Source of the DNA: Gammaproteobacteria bacterium
GTDB taxonomy: Bacteria > Pseudomonadota > Gammaproteobacteria > Eutrophobiales > Eutrophobiaceae
Length of the DNA stretch: 64,000 bases
Reading direction: 5' to 3'
Assembly: GCA_965116495.1 (NCBI GenBank)
Contig: OZ220696.1
Location: forward strand, 640,001 to 704,000
Within the stretch, counting starts at the first letter, position 1, and each line of letters starts with the position of its first letter. A program made the translations under genes and the position numbers. This document shows positions 29,875 through 39,406 of this stretch, piece after piece. The notes below the pieces were generated by a model. That model had not been told where the DNA came from. It made no database searches and worked only from the letters and a program-made list of their open reading frames with translations.

Positions 29875-30720
29875 CTACTCGAATTTTGCAATCATATCTT
29901 TGATCCCGGGAATCGTATGAACCTGGTACTCATGCCGGGGTTGAAAATACTGGCGCAGGGATTTCGATTGTTCGCCGACAATTATCGTGAAGTAGTACAT
30001 TTCATACCCGGGCGCTGCGACACAGGGATGATAACCGCGATCCAGCAACACAGTGCTGCCGTTCCTGATGTGATACACAGGACCTGTATCGTCCTCGGAC
30101 TCGTAGGCAAACTGTGCGCCAAAGCCGTGCTTGGGATTGAAACGAAACTGGTAGACCTCTTCGTATTTTGTTTCCAGCGGCGGACGTTCTTCGTCATGCT
30201 TGTGCGGCGGGAACCCCGACCAGCCGCCTGCGCCGACCGTAAACAGTTCGCTGACCAGCAATCGTCCACGCTGGTCTGCATTTTTCTGCCCGAGAATGTG
30301 GAGTATCTTGCGATGTGTCTTGGTGTCGTCACTTCCGTATTGTACTTTTTCCGCGTCTTCGGGCCGCACTATGAATGGCGAAAGTTTTTCGTCGAAGCGT
30401 CCTCCGGCGATAAAGATCTCGGCAGTATTTGTCATGCATCGTATGCGAGCGTGCGCATCGACCGGCACGTAGACCGCACTCGGACGCCCATTCCAGATTG
30501 AGTCACGTTCGCCGACATCGGGAAACAGTTCTCCATCGACTTCTATCGAGCAGGCGCCGGATGCAAGCACGGCAGCCGATTCGTAATCCGGAAGTTGATA
30601 GTCATAGCCTTCACCCCTTTTAAGGCGTACCGTGTTGAAATAACACAGCGGTGTCACCTTGTCGTCGCAACCCACAACAGGTTCATTCTGATTGTCAAAA
30701 TACTCGATATGTTTAGGCAT
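29875..30720 (-). CDS. iolB: 5-deoxy-glucuronate isomerase
   Basis: YGSDDTKTHRKI, LLVSELFTVGAGGWSGFPPHKHD, GYHPCVAAPGYEMYY. Start at ATG 30720. Confidence 0.92.
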   Translation of the reverse strand: MPKHIEYFDNQNEPVVGCDDKVTPLCYFNTVRLKRGEGYDYQLPDYESAAVLASGACSIEVDGELFPDVGERDSIWNGRPSAVYVPVDAHARIRCMTNTAEIFIAGGRFDEKLSPFIVRPEDAEKVQYGSDDTKTHRKILHILGQKNADQRGRLLVSELFTVGAGGWSGFPPHKHDEERPPLETKYEEVYQFRFNPKHGFGAQFAYESEDDTGPVYHIRNGSTVLLDRGYHPCVAAPGYEMYYFTIIVGEQSKSLRQYFQPRHEYQVHTIPGIKDMIAKFE

Positions 30721-31729
30721 GGTGCTTCCCCTTCTGCAGTTCGAAATCTGATGCGGCAATGAAGGCATCCAGTTCATCGGGAAACGGCATTGCCTCTGCA
30801 CAACCAATTTGTGAAACTACAATGGCAGCGGATGCACTGGCGCGCATTACACAGTCTCCCAGCATACGTCCTTCAAGCAAAGCGCTGCACAGTGCGCTGG
30901 CAAAGCCATCTCCCGCACCGAACGGTTTGATCGCTTCTACTGGAAATATTCCCGTGGACATTGGCGCCTCATCGCGTGGAAAACTATTGGCGCCTTGCTC
31001 CCCGTGTTTAACGATGATGAGGTCACAGAACTCGTTGTGAAATTTATTCGCTGTCAGCGCATCATCGCCATCATCGTTCAATGCTCGACCTTCCAGCACG
31101 TTGAATTCCTCCCTATTGCCGACAATTACATCGCACCTGGCCGCTGCCGCGCCGAGTACCCGCGCCGTTTCTTCAGGTGATTTCCAGGAATACGGCCGGT
31201 AGTCGAGATCGAGAACTACACAGGTATCATTTTGTCGCGCGTACTCAATCGCGCGCATTGTCGCATCCCGTGAGGGACTCACAGACAATGCCGTTCCGGT
31301 AAGCAACAGCAGTCGCGAGGAGGCGACATAAGCTTCATCAACGTCTCCAGCGGTAAGCGCGAGATCCGCGGCATTATTGCGGTATATCAGCACAACACAG
31401 TCGTACGGCTTGATTTCGGCAATAGCCAGACTGGTTCGTGTTCCGGTGTCATCGAATACAGTGTAGCGCGTGTCGATTCCCTCGCCGGTAAGGAAGTCAC
31501 GGACATATACACCAACGGGGTCGGCGGAGAGGCAGGATATGAAGCCGACACGCATTCCAAGCCTTGCGCAACCGACGGCAATGTTTGCGGAAGAGCCACC
31601 GATCTGCTTGGTAAAACTATGCACTTCGGAAAAGGGTTTGTTCCATTGTTCCGCACAAATATCGACGCCGCCTCGTCCCAGACAGATGATATCCAATTCA
31701 CGGGAGCCTGTTGCGGACAGTTTCCACAT
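30713..31729 (-). CDS. iolC: 5-dehydro-2-deoxygluconokinase
   Basis: LDIICLGR, GGSSANIAVGCARLG, YRNNAADL, DLDYRP, KPFGAGDGF (PfkB). TAATG coupling with iolD. Confidence 0.92.
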   Translation of the reverse strand: MWKLSATGSRELDIICLGRGGVDICAEQWNKPFSEVHSFTKQIGGSSANIAVGCARLGMRVGFISCLSADPVGVYVRDFLTGEGIDTRYTVFDDTGTRTSLAIAEIKPYDCVVLIYRNNAADLALTAGDVDEAYVASSRLLLLTGTALSVSPSRDATMRAIEYARQNDTCVVLDLDYRPYSWKSPEETARVLGAAAARCDVIVGNREEFNVLEGRALNDDGDDALTANKFHNEFCDLIIVKHGEQGANSFPRDEAPMSTGIFPVEAIKPFGAGDGFASALCSALLEGRMLGDCVMRASASAAIVVSQIGCAEAMPFPDELDAFIAASDFELQKGKHHA

Positions 31730-33594
31730 TACCCGCTCCGTTTTTCCCGTCGCTGTTGTCTCTTGCCGGGCCGCCACCACTCTCGATAGGCCTTTTCAAC
31801 AGATTTGCGGTCTGAGGTTTCGGGCACTCCCACTTCCCACCAGCTCCCTCCGGCAGTCGTATCGTCAGGGTTTGTGTCGATGCTGATTACACAGGTTCCG
31901 GTGCAGGCTTTGGCGCGCTCCAGCGCCGCAGCCAGCTCATCGAGATCATTTACATGTTCGGCTGTTGCCCCGAGCGAGCGGGCATGGGCCGCAAAGTCGA
32001 TCACTGGGGCTCCCTGATCCACCGTCGTACAATCGTCGAATAGATTATTGAAATTTGCGCTGCCGCATTGCGTTTGGAGTCGGTTGATACAGCCGAAGCC
32101 GCGATTGTCGAGCACGATTACAATTAATTTCTGACCGAGCATGACAGATGTCGCTATTTCAGAATTCAGCATCAGGTAGCTGCCGTCCCCTACAATAACG
32201 AATACTTCAGCGCCGGGATCCGCCATCTTGACACCAATACCTCCTGCGATTTCATAGCCCATGCACGAGTAACCGTATTCCGAATGATAGCCACGCGAAT
32301 ATTCGGTACGCCATAACTTCGCAGCCTCGCCGGGCATGCTGCCGGCCGCGACCACCAACACATCCTTTTTGGGGTCAACAGCCCGGTTAATAACAGATGT
32401 GACCTGCGCATCTGACGGTAGTGAATCCGGTGATGTCTGATCGATAGAGCGGGTGTTGTCGTCCCAGCTCGACTTCACTGCCTCGATCCTTTCCAGCCAC
32501 TCCGTGTCACCGGTCCAATTGCCCAGTTGTTCATCAAGTTCAGCCAGGGCACGGCCGGCATCGGAACGCAAGGCTATCGCATCGTGTTTGCCCGCATCAA
32601 AGCTGCTGATGTTGATGTTTATTTGAGGTGCGGCTCCACTGCTGACGCCGGTGCGTGAGCCGGTGGTGAAATCGGAAAGTCGTGAACCGATTACAATTAT
32701 CAGATCAGCCTCATATACCATCTCGTTTGCGGCACTGGTACCAACGACGCCTACGACCCCCGCGTTCATGGGATCATTGCAGGCCAGGGCGCCTTTACCG
32801 GCCGAGGTCTCGACGACCGGAATTTTTCGTCGACTGATAAAATCACGAAATTGCTCAATGGCGTGTGAATAGTGTACGCCGCCTCCAGCTACAAGCACGG
32901 GTCGCTGCGAACCCTGGATTACGCCGGCTACCCGGGCAATTTGATCCGGATCGGCACCAGGCCGGTGCAACCTGTGCAAGCGGACGTGAAAAAACGTTTC
33001 CGGATACTCGAAAGCTTGTGCCTGAACATCCTGTGGCAGCGCAATTGTCACCGGGCCTGTCGTCTCGGGATTGGTCAAAACGTCAATCGCTCGCGGCAGA
33101 GTCGATAAAAGCTGTTCCGGTATTACAATGCGGTCGAAGTAGCTCGAAACGGGCCGAAAACAATCATTTGCCGTGATATTCGGATCGTGGGCGTGCTCTA
33201 CCTGCTGCAACACCGGGTCGGGCGCCCGGCCGGCAAAGCTGTCGCCGGGTAAAAACAGCACCGGAAGCCGATTCACATGGGCAACAGCGGCGGCAGTCAC
33301 CATGTTTGTGGCGCCTGGTCCGATTGAACTGGTGCATAGCATCATTCGCCGCCTACGAGTTTGTTTGGCATAGGCTATCGCGGCGTGCGCCATGGCTTGT
33401 TCACAATGTGCCCGATAGGTCTGGAGTTTATCGCGGTGTTGGTGTAAGGCCTCACCCAGAGCAGCGACATTGCCATGGCCAAATATAGCCCAGGCGCCGG
33501 CGAACAACGGCACCTGCTCACCATCCCGCTCAGTCTGTTGGGCGCACAGGAATCGAATAATTGCCTGGGCTACAGTAAGGCGCACTGTTGTCAT
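31729..33594 (-). CDS. iolD: 3D-(3,5/4)-trihydroxycyclohexane-1,2-dione hydrolase
   Basis: MTTVRLTVAQAII, IFGHGNVA, SIGPGATNM, PDPVLQQ, EYGYSCMGYEIAG, GDGSYLM. Confidence 0.95.
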   Translation of the reverse strand: MTTVRLTVAQAIIRFLCAQQTERDGEQVPLFAGAWAIFGHGNVAALGEALHQHRDKLQTYRAHCEQAMAHAAIAYAKQTRRRRMMLCTSSIGPGATNMVTAAAVAHVNRLPVLFLPGDSFAGRAPDPVLQQVEHAHDPNITANDCFRPVSSYFDRIVIPEQLLSTLPRAIDVLTNPETTGPVTIALPQDVQAQAFEYPETFFHVRLHRLHRPGADPDQIARVAGVIQGSQRPVLVAGGGVHYSHAIEQFRDFISRRKIPVVETSAGKGALACNDPMNAGVVGVVGTSAANEMVYEADLIIVIGSRLSDFTTGSRTGVSSGAAPQININISSFDAGKHDAIALRSDAGRALAELDEQLGNWTGDTEWLERIEAVKSSWDDNTRSIDQTSPDSLPSDAQVTSVINRAVDPKKDVLVVAAGSMPGEAAKLWRTEYSRGYHSEYGYSCMGYEIAGGIGVKMADPGAEVFVIVGDGSYLMLNSEIATSVMLGQKLIVIVLDNRGFGCINRLQTQCGSANFNNLFDDCTTVDQGAPVIDFAAHARSLGATAEHVNDLDELAAALERAKACTGTCVISIDTNPDDTTAGGSWWEVGVPETSDRKSVEKAYREWWRPGKRQQRREKRSG

Positions 33595-33697
33595 TGCACC
33601 CCCCCTGTTTGCCGATTGGGATCCTGCGACAGAATGTACTTTTTGATGGGCATAATTTTCGAGTGCTATTTCCAGTATTCTACCCAAAGTTTCATGA

Positions 33698-33717
33698 AAT
33701 AGAAAAATTATTCTATT
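33698..33717. promoter_or_regulatory. Candidate IolR operator
   Basis: AATAGAA-N6-TTCTATT palindrome in the iolD/iolR divergent spacer. It resembles the GGAA-N6-TTCC type of IolR site. Confidence 0.55.
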
Positions 33718-33766
33718 CGGATTAAAATAAATGTTTTTCGTCCATGACCGTTCCGGAGCGAGACTG

Positions 33767-34615
33767 ATGAGCATTGACATACCACAGGATCTGGAGGTAC
33801 TTAAGACCCGTATCGCCAGCGAACATCCACATCTCAGTAAGCGCCTGAAGCAGGTGTCACACTACGTGATGGACAACCCAACCAGCATCGCTCTGGATAC
33901 GCTCTCAGTAATTGCCGGAGCGGCAGGTGTCCACGCTTCAACATTGGTCCGTTTTGCCAATAACTTCGGTTTTGCAGGTTTTTCTGATCTGCAAAAGCTT
34001 TACAAGACTCGTCTCATGGAGGAGTCGTCTGACTATAATCAGCGCATCCGTTCGCGTATGAGCGAGCAGGACGGCGCAGGTAGACCAGGTGCGCTGCAAT
34101 TGCTGACAGAGTTTGGTAAGGCTAATTTACATTCCCTGGAAGGAATGCTGCACGGCGCGAAAGAAGAAATTCTGCAGCGGGCGATTAAATTGCTCACCTC
34201 GGCAAACACAACGTATCTTGTCGGCGTTCGTCGTGCGTTTCCAATTGCCACCTACCTGCATTACACATTGAGTCACATTAACCGGCGTAGCCAGTTATTG
34301 GATGGAACGGGCGGTATGCTTTACGAGCAGGGACAATTTATGGGTCCTGATGATGCATTGATCGCAATCTCATACAAACCTTACGGCCGTGAAGCACGTG
34401 ATTTGATAGGGCAGGCTGCAGCGAACGGTTGCCCGGTGATTATCATGACCGACAGTCAGCTTTACCCGGCAGCGGTATCAGCTGACGCACTGTTCGTAAT
34501 AAAAGAAGCGGAAGTTCGTGGAATTCGTTCGTTGAGTTCAACAATGTGCCTTGCGCAGGCGCTATGCATTGGGCTTGCCTACGAGTTTGTCGAAAGCGAG
34601 CAGGTTATGGCCTGA
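33767..34615 (+). CDS. iolR: RpiR/MurR family regulator of inositol catabolism
   Basis: LSKRLKQV...STLVRFANNFGFAGFSDLQ HTH plus SIS domain, divergent from iolD. GGAG precedes ATG 33767. Confidence 0.88.
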   Translation: MSIDIPQDLEVLKTRIASEHPHLSKRLKQVSHYVMDNPTSIALDTLSVIAGAAGVHASTLVRFANNFGFAGFSDLQKLYKTRLMEESSDYNQRIRSRMSEQDGAGRPGALQLLTEFGKANLHSLEGMLHGAKEEILQRAIKLLTSANTTYLVGVRRAFPIATYLHYTLSHINRRSQLLDGTGGMLYEQGQFMGPDDALIAISYKPYGREARDLIGQAAANGCPVIIMTDSQLYPAAVSADALFVIKEAEVRGIRSLSSTMCLAQALCIGLAYEFVESEQVMA

Positions 34616-35750
34616 TCGGTGTCCATGAGCTATCGTTTGCTGCAGATTCGACAGCCGCTTCTATGCTTGCAACCGAGATCAGCCCATCTACAGCATCAGG
34701 GTAGTGCAACGCTAACTGCAAGGGCGCACGACCCGCTTGACGCGCCCTGATCACGTCGGCCAGGTCAGCATAGATATTCGCAAACGCCCCGGGCAAGCCT
34801 TCGGCATGACCGATGGCCAAGCGCGAAGCACGCTCTGCATCGGCAGAAAGCCCAACACCACCTCGTTCTATTATGCGTGTTGTTTTGTTGAGCGGTGTCC
34901 AGAAAAGCTGATTTGGCCTTTCCTGTGCCCAGCGTAATCCGCCATTGCTGCCGAATACCTGAATTGTCAATCCGTGCATGCGTCCAACTGCGACGGCACT
35001 TGCCCATAAGCGGCCAACGGCTCCCCCCGAAAAACGCAGCGAGAGCATTGCATCGTCTTCCAGCTCACGACCGCCGACGCAAGAGACAAAATCGGCCGAG
35101 ACCTTCACAGGCGACTGTCGCGACACGAAACTTGCCAGGTGTAATGCATGGATTCCACAGTCAGTTGTGACGGCGGAAATGCCTGCCTGTGCCGGATTAT
35201 AACGCCAGCGCACCCGTGGATTGTCGGCATCATCTGCATACGCGTGAAAACCATGTGCAAATTCGGTGTAAATGACGCGCACATCGCCAATATCGCCTTG
35301 TGCGATCATGGCGCGCATGTGTCGAACCAGAGGATAACCGGAATAGCCAAAATTAACTGCGCACAGACGTTCGTTTGTTTTGGCGACCTCAACTATTTCA
35401 CGTGCTTCCTGCACGGTCATGGTCATGGGTTTTTCAATAAGAAGATCAAATCCTGCAATGAGATATGCTTTAGCAATTTCAAAATGGGTGGCATTCGGCG
35501 TTGCAATTGTAACCAGATCGAGCCGATCTGTTTGTACACATTCGTGTTCCAGCATTTCCTGCCAGGAGCCATAGGCACGGTCTTCAGCTATTCCGATTTT
35601 TTGCGCAAAACCTCTACCTTTGTCAGCATCAATGTCCATGGCGCCGGCCTTTAGCTCGAATAAACCATCCAATTGTGCAGCCAGGCGATGCGCCAGCCCG
35701 ATTTGACTGTGTTCGCCGCCACCAATGATTCCCCAGTTCAACTTATGCAA
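34605..35750 (-). CDS. Gfo/Idh/MocA family oxidoreductase (inositol-type dehydrogenase)
   Basis: GIIGGG..SQIG..HR, IATPNATH, EKP, YSGYPLVR, DCGIHA, GHAEG. Confidence 0.9.
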   Translation of the reverse strand: MHKLNWGIIGGGEHSQIGLAHRLAAQLDGLFELKAGAMDIDADKGRGFAQKIGIAEDRAYGSWQEMLEHECVQTDRLDLVTIATPNATHFEIAKAYLIAGFDLLIEKPMTMTVQEAREIVEVAKTNERLCAVNFGYSGYPLVRHMRAMIAQGDIGDVRVIYTEFAHGFHAYADDADNPRVRWRYNPAQAGISAVTTDCGIHALHLASFVSRQSPVKVSADFVSCVGGRELEDDAMLSLRFSGGAVGRLWASAVAVGRMHGLTIQVFGSNGGLRWAQERPNQLFWTPLNKTTRIIERGGVGLSADAERASRLAIGHAEGLPGAFANIYADLADVIRARQAGRAPLQLALHYPDAVDGLISVASIEAAVESAANDSSWTPIRP

Positions 35751-35795
35751 TATCCAGCTCCGGTTAAATCCAGCCGGTAGAGTATCTTAACGCCA

Positions 35796-36689
35796 TCAAA
35801 TGAATCCAATTGATTCAAGGTGGATGCGGTTCGCGATGGCGTCATCCAGGGGGGAGGTGCTGCCTGCAGGATCACAATCCTGTTCAACCGTACACCAGCC
35901 GCGGTAGTCGATATCAAGCAAAACTTGCCGCACGGCCACGAATTCTGTGCTTCCTTGACCGAGTCGGCAGAATATTCCCTGGGCGCAGGCTTCATAGAAC
36001 CCGGTACGGTTTTGTACGACTCGGCACCTGACGCTTTCATTAATGTCTTTAAAGTGTACGTAGCTGAGACGGTCGCCATGACACTGCATAAATTTGATTG
36101 GGTCGTAGCCGGCATATTGACAATGACCTGTGTCAATGCAGAGTTTAAGTATTGCAGGATCTGTGTCATCCAGCAGTCGTTCCACCTCTGGCCGGAAATC
36201 GATAAAACCACCGGCGTGAGGATGAATGGACACAATGAGACCGAATTCTTGCGTCGCCATGTTAGCAATAGCCTCAATACGCCCGGTAAAATTACGCCAC
36301 TCTTCGTTACTCAACTGTTCTGCTTCAAGAGGCCGGCCCGCTGTTTGCGCCCGTCGCGGTGATATCGAATCGATCAGCACCAGATGCTCTGCGCCGTGTG
36401 CCAGCAAGGTAGTACATGTACGTATTGTGGTGTCGCGTATGTCATCGTATCTCGACGCATCATAAAAAGGTTGATATACCACGCTGCCTATCAGCTTTAA
36501 GTCGTGCAGCGCCAAGGCGTCGGCGAGCACAAAGGGATCTTCGGGCATGTATCCAACCGGGCCGAGCTCGATGCCCTTAAAACCTGCTCTGGCACATTCA
36601 TCGAGTACCCGCGACCAATGTGGATTGCGGGTATCATCTGCAAACTCGACACCCCAGGAACAGGGAGCATTGCCTATGCGTATTGTCAT
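35796..36689 (-). CDS. iolE: Myo-inosose-2 dehydratase-like TIM barrel protein
   Basis: IGNAPCSWGVE, IELGPVGY, HPHAG, DTGH, YVHFKD, GWCTVEQD, in an iol context. Confidence 0.75.
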   Translation of the reverse strand: MTIRIGNAPCSWGVEFADDTRNPHWSRVLDECARAGFKGIELGPVGYMPEDPFVLADALALHDLKLIGSVVYQPFYDASRYDDIRDTTIRTCTTLLAHGAEHLVLIDSISPRRAQTAGRPLEAEQLSNEEWRNFTGRIEAIANMATQEFGLIVSIHPHAGGFIDFRPEVERLLDDTDPAILKLCIDTGHCQYAGYDPIKFMQCHGDRLSYVHFKDINESVRCRVVQNRTGFYEACAQGIFCRLGQGSTEFVAVRQVLLDIDYRGWCTVEQDCDPAGSTSPLDDAIANRIHLESIGFI

Positions 36690-36775
36690 TAATACTCTTG
36701 AAAGCTATTTCTGGAGGGGTTCGGCTATGATTTTCGGTACACAGTTCACTTTCAGGATTCAGTCTGGCGTTCTTA

Positions 36776-36847
36776 GTTTAAGGATCAAGTCTGATTATAC
36801 GCCGTTACTTCCACCGTCAAAACCCCAGCCCTGCTGGGAATGACCGT
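36776..36847 (-). pseudogene. 72-bp remnant of a second hydantoinase B gene
   Basis: Aligns without gaps to 3055-3126 with 8 mismatches (GHSQQGWGFDGGSNGV). TCG has become TAA. Confidence 0.85.
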
Positions 36848-36877
36848 AGTCTTTGCGGATGATGTAGTTGTGGTGAT

Positions 36878-37096
36878 CCAGGGTGTTATAAAACCCAGGG
36901 TCACTGCCAGTCGTCGCAGTTTTGCAGAATGTCTGCGTGCTATTTCATAACCCATTTTCTGCATGAGATAGTTTTGCCGGGTATGGGGTGATTGCAGCAG
37001 TTGCACCTTGCCGAACCGCCCCAGTCCGGTTGCTGATTCGGTGGAACTGGTTACAGGCGTGTTATCGATATGGGACCAGTATTTTATCTTGAGCAG
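36878..37096 (-). pseudogene. Remnant of a second soeC gene
   Basis: Aligns to 8642-8861 (LKIKYWSHID...SATGLGRFGKVQLLQSPHTRQNYL...LGFITP). Confidence 0.92.
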
Positions 37097-37357
37097 ACCG
37101 GCGCCATGCGGACCTGATCGCCAGGGAAATGGCCGGTTCCATGAAACACTTCGGTTCTCAATGGTCAATGGAAAAATTGCAACGTCTGGCGCTGCACGCC
37201 TATTACATCAACTACGGCACCTGGATGTATCGCGACCATGCCCGTCCTGATTACGAGGAGGTCCTTGGCTGAAAAATCAGCGCGTTGAACTTTATGATCT
37301 CAAAGTGCTTTGATTAACCTGCTTGTCTTATCGGGCAGGATTATCAACAGTTCCGCT
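37093..37357 (+). pseudogene. 3' remnant of a second tetR gene plus downstream spacer
   Basis: Aligns at constant offset 19100 to 17993-18257 and carries a TGG-to-TGA nonsense change. Confidence 0.92.
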
Positions 37358-37374
37358 CATACGGGTCTGAACGC

Positions 37375-38229
37375 TTAATCCGGCTTCACGTCACCCATCA
37401 GCCGGTACACGGCAGAGTCGTTGCCTTCAACAAACAACTCTTCCATGTGTCCAGCCTGTACCAGTTCATAGGCCAGGGAACTTAACTCAAGGACGGTCCG
37501 CTGAATTATGTCCGTGGTCAATTCATGCACCAGCAGCAAATGGGGGATTTCCCCGGGCTCTAGCGCGACTACTTCCATGATGCGATAGAGTTCATAGGCA
37601 TGGACTCCGGTGATTGCACGGGCCTCCATTACGCCGGGAATATACCTGTCTTTCAACCACTCAAGCAGGCGCTTGTAGTCATTTTCATCAGCGCAACAGA
37701 TTATCTTCTGATTATAAACATAGCGCCGGCCGTCGGCTGGCGGGCTGGTTGCCAGGAGGCGCTTTGCTATGTTTACCTCCCTCCATGTAACTGTTGCCGG
37801 CGGATACCCGGTGAGTTTGCGGTAGTAATTCGCTTCCGTCACCTTCAGCAGATCGGTAATACGGCCCAGCGCCACCATTTTGCGGGCGCCCACATACAAA
37901 TCGATAATTGTCTTGTCAATATCCGCGCTTTCGATACTGTAGAGCGCGATGTATTTACCTTCATCTTCGCTCAAGTCGAGTTCCGGCAGTTCGACAAAGC
38001 GTTGATGTACAGCGCGGCGGGCCCGCATGAAACCGGGAACGGACAGCACATCGGGGATATCGATATCGTCGTACCAGGCGTTGAATTCTGCTTCCCTGGC
38101 CGGGTCCGTACTTTTGGTCTTAACCATGTAGAACCAGTGACCGTCAATACCGGAATCATCGGTTGCAGCAGGGACTGTTAAGAGATATAACAGGAACCCC
38201 ACCAATACAGTAGGTATGGTTGTTTTCAT
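37375..38229 (-). CDS. Exported protein with DUF4286/EthD-like dimeric alpha+beta barrel domain(s)
   Basis: Signal peptide MKTTIPTVLVGFLLYLLTVPAA; EAEFNAWYDD.DIPDVLSVPGFMRARR and KYIALYSIES; a second degenerate repeat WLKDRYIP. Confidence 0.7.
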   Translation of the reverse strand: MKTTIPTVLVGFLLYLLTVPAATDDSGIDGHWFYMVKTKSTDPAREAEFNAWYDDIDIPDVLSVPGFMRARRAVHQRFVELPELDLSEDEGKYIALYSIESADIDKTIIDLYVGARKMVALGRITDLLKVTEANYYRKLTGYPPATVTWREVNIAKRLLATSPPADGRRYVYNQKIICCADENDYKRLLEWLKDRYIPGVMEARAITGVHAYELYRIMEVVALEPGEIPHLLLVHELTTDIIQRTVLELSSLAYELVQAGHMEELFVEGNDSAVYRLMGDVKPD

Positions 38230-38293
38230 CTTTAAAAAGTCTATATTAGATAAAATAACGCTTACAAGTGCAACCAATGTGGAGTTGAAAACC

Positions 38294-39211
38294 ATGAGAT
38301 CACTGATCCCGCCTTTTATTTGCCTGGTCATGTTGCTGAGTTTCACCGGATGCGGCGGCGATAGCGCAAACAAACTCGAAGTGGAGATGTTCAAGGGCGA
38401 TTTCGCCACGGTGAACTCTTTCATTTTCTCCAACGGCAAATCCATCATCGTCATGGACGTGCAGCGCAAGACCGCCGAGGCGAAACAACTGGCCGAGCGC
38501 GTCAAGGCTTACGAGCTGCCGGTCACCCACATCCTGATAACCCACGGCCATACCGATCACTTCACCGGCATGCCCCTGTTCCGGGACGAGTTTCCCGATG
38601 CGAAGATTGTCGTGGCCAATGAAGACATCCGCAAGGACATCAAGGCTTATGCAATTTACATGGACGGGTTCGGCGCCACCGACGCCGAGCCGGTGCTGGA
38701 ACCGCCGCTGAGACCCAAATCGGCAGAAAACCCGGATGGCTTTGATTACGAAAACACCATTCACCTGCTGAATGACGCTACCTTGACCCTGGACGGCGGC
38801 GGTACACTGGAGTTGACTACGGATTACAAACCTGCGGAAGCGGATCACATGACCACGGTTTACAGCCCGGAACTCAACGCCATCTTCCTCTCCGATTTCG
38901 GCTACAACCGGGTGCACCACTGGCAGGGCGACGATATAAGCTGGCAGGATATCGCCAACTGGCGGGAAGAACTGGTGCGGATTAAAAACGAATACGCGGA
39001 ACGCAACCCCACCGTCTATCCCGGCCATGGCGACGTGGGGGACATGAGCATGTTCGATGCCATGATCCGGTACATTGACGACTATACCCGTATCGTGCAG
39101 GCGGCAAAGACCCGCGCAGAAGCCATGGAGAAAATGACTGCGTTATATCCTGACTACGGAGAAGCAGACTTCTTCCTGAAATACAGCATTCATAACCATA
39201 TCAGGGAATAA
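38294..39211 (+). CDS. Lipoprotein MBL-fold metallo-hydrolase
   Basis: Lipobox FTGC, THGHTDH, SD, YPGHG. GGAG upstream of ATG 38294. Confidence 0.88.
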   Translation: MRSLIPPFICLVMLLSFTGCGGDSANKLEVEMFKGDFATVNSFIFSNGKSIIVMDVQRKTAEAKQLAERVKAYELPVTHILITHGHTDHFTGMPLFRDEFPDAKIVVANEDIRKDIKAYAIYMDGFGATDAEPVLEPPLRPKSAENPDGFDYENTIHLLNDATLTLDGGGTLELTTDYKPAEADHMTTVYSPELNAIFLSDFGYNRVHHWQGDDISWQDIANWREELVRIKNEYAERNPTVYPGHGDVGDMSMFDAMIRYIDDYTRIVQAAKTRAEAMEKMTALYPDYGEADFFLKYSIHNHIRE

Positions 39212-39406
39212 CCGGTTTCGGCTAAATTCCCTTATCAATTTTTCGGCTTGAGCCAACGGCGCTGTTCAATTTTCAGCCGAAAACGCCTGCTTGTTGAAGA
39301 TGCCTTTTTCAACAGAAACCAGATCTTGTTCAACGCACCCTGCACCAGCGCGCGACCGGCAAAGGTAAACCATCAGGTGCCGGGTCCTCCTGATGCAGTA
39401 CGACAA

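Noticed and set aside
36776-37357. Duplicate segments as a simple assembly repeat artefact
   Set aside because: The copies differ at many, mostly synonymous, sites and carry their own nonsense changes and a microhomology junction. A strain chimera cannot be fully excluded without reads.
37375-38505. 376-aa ORF-track start overlapping the MBL gene
   Set aside because: The extension overlaps a divergent real gene. The ATG at 38229 gives a clean signal peptide.
39212-39406. Possible further gene stump (minus frame WFTFAGRALVQGALNKIWFLL...)
   Set aside because: It looks coding-like, but I cannot assign a family or boundaries.
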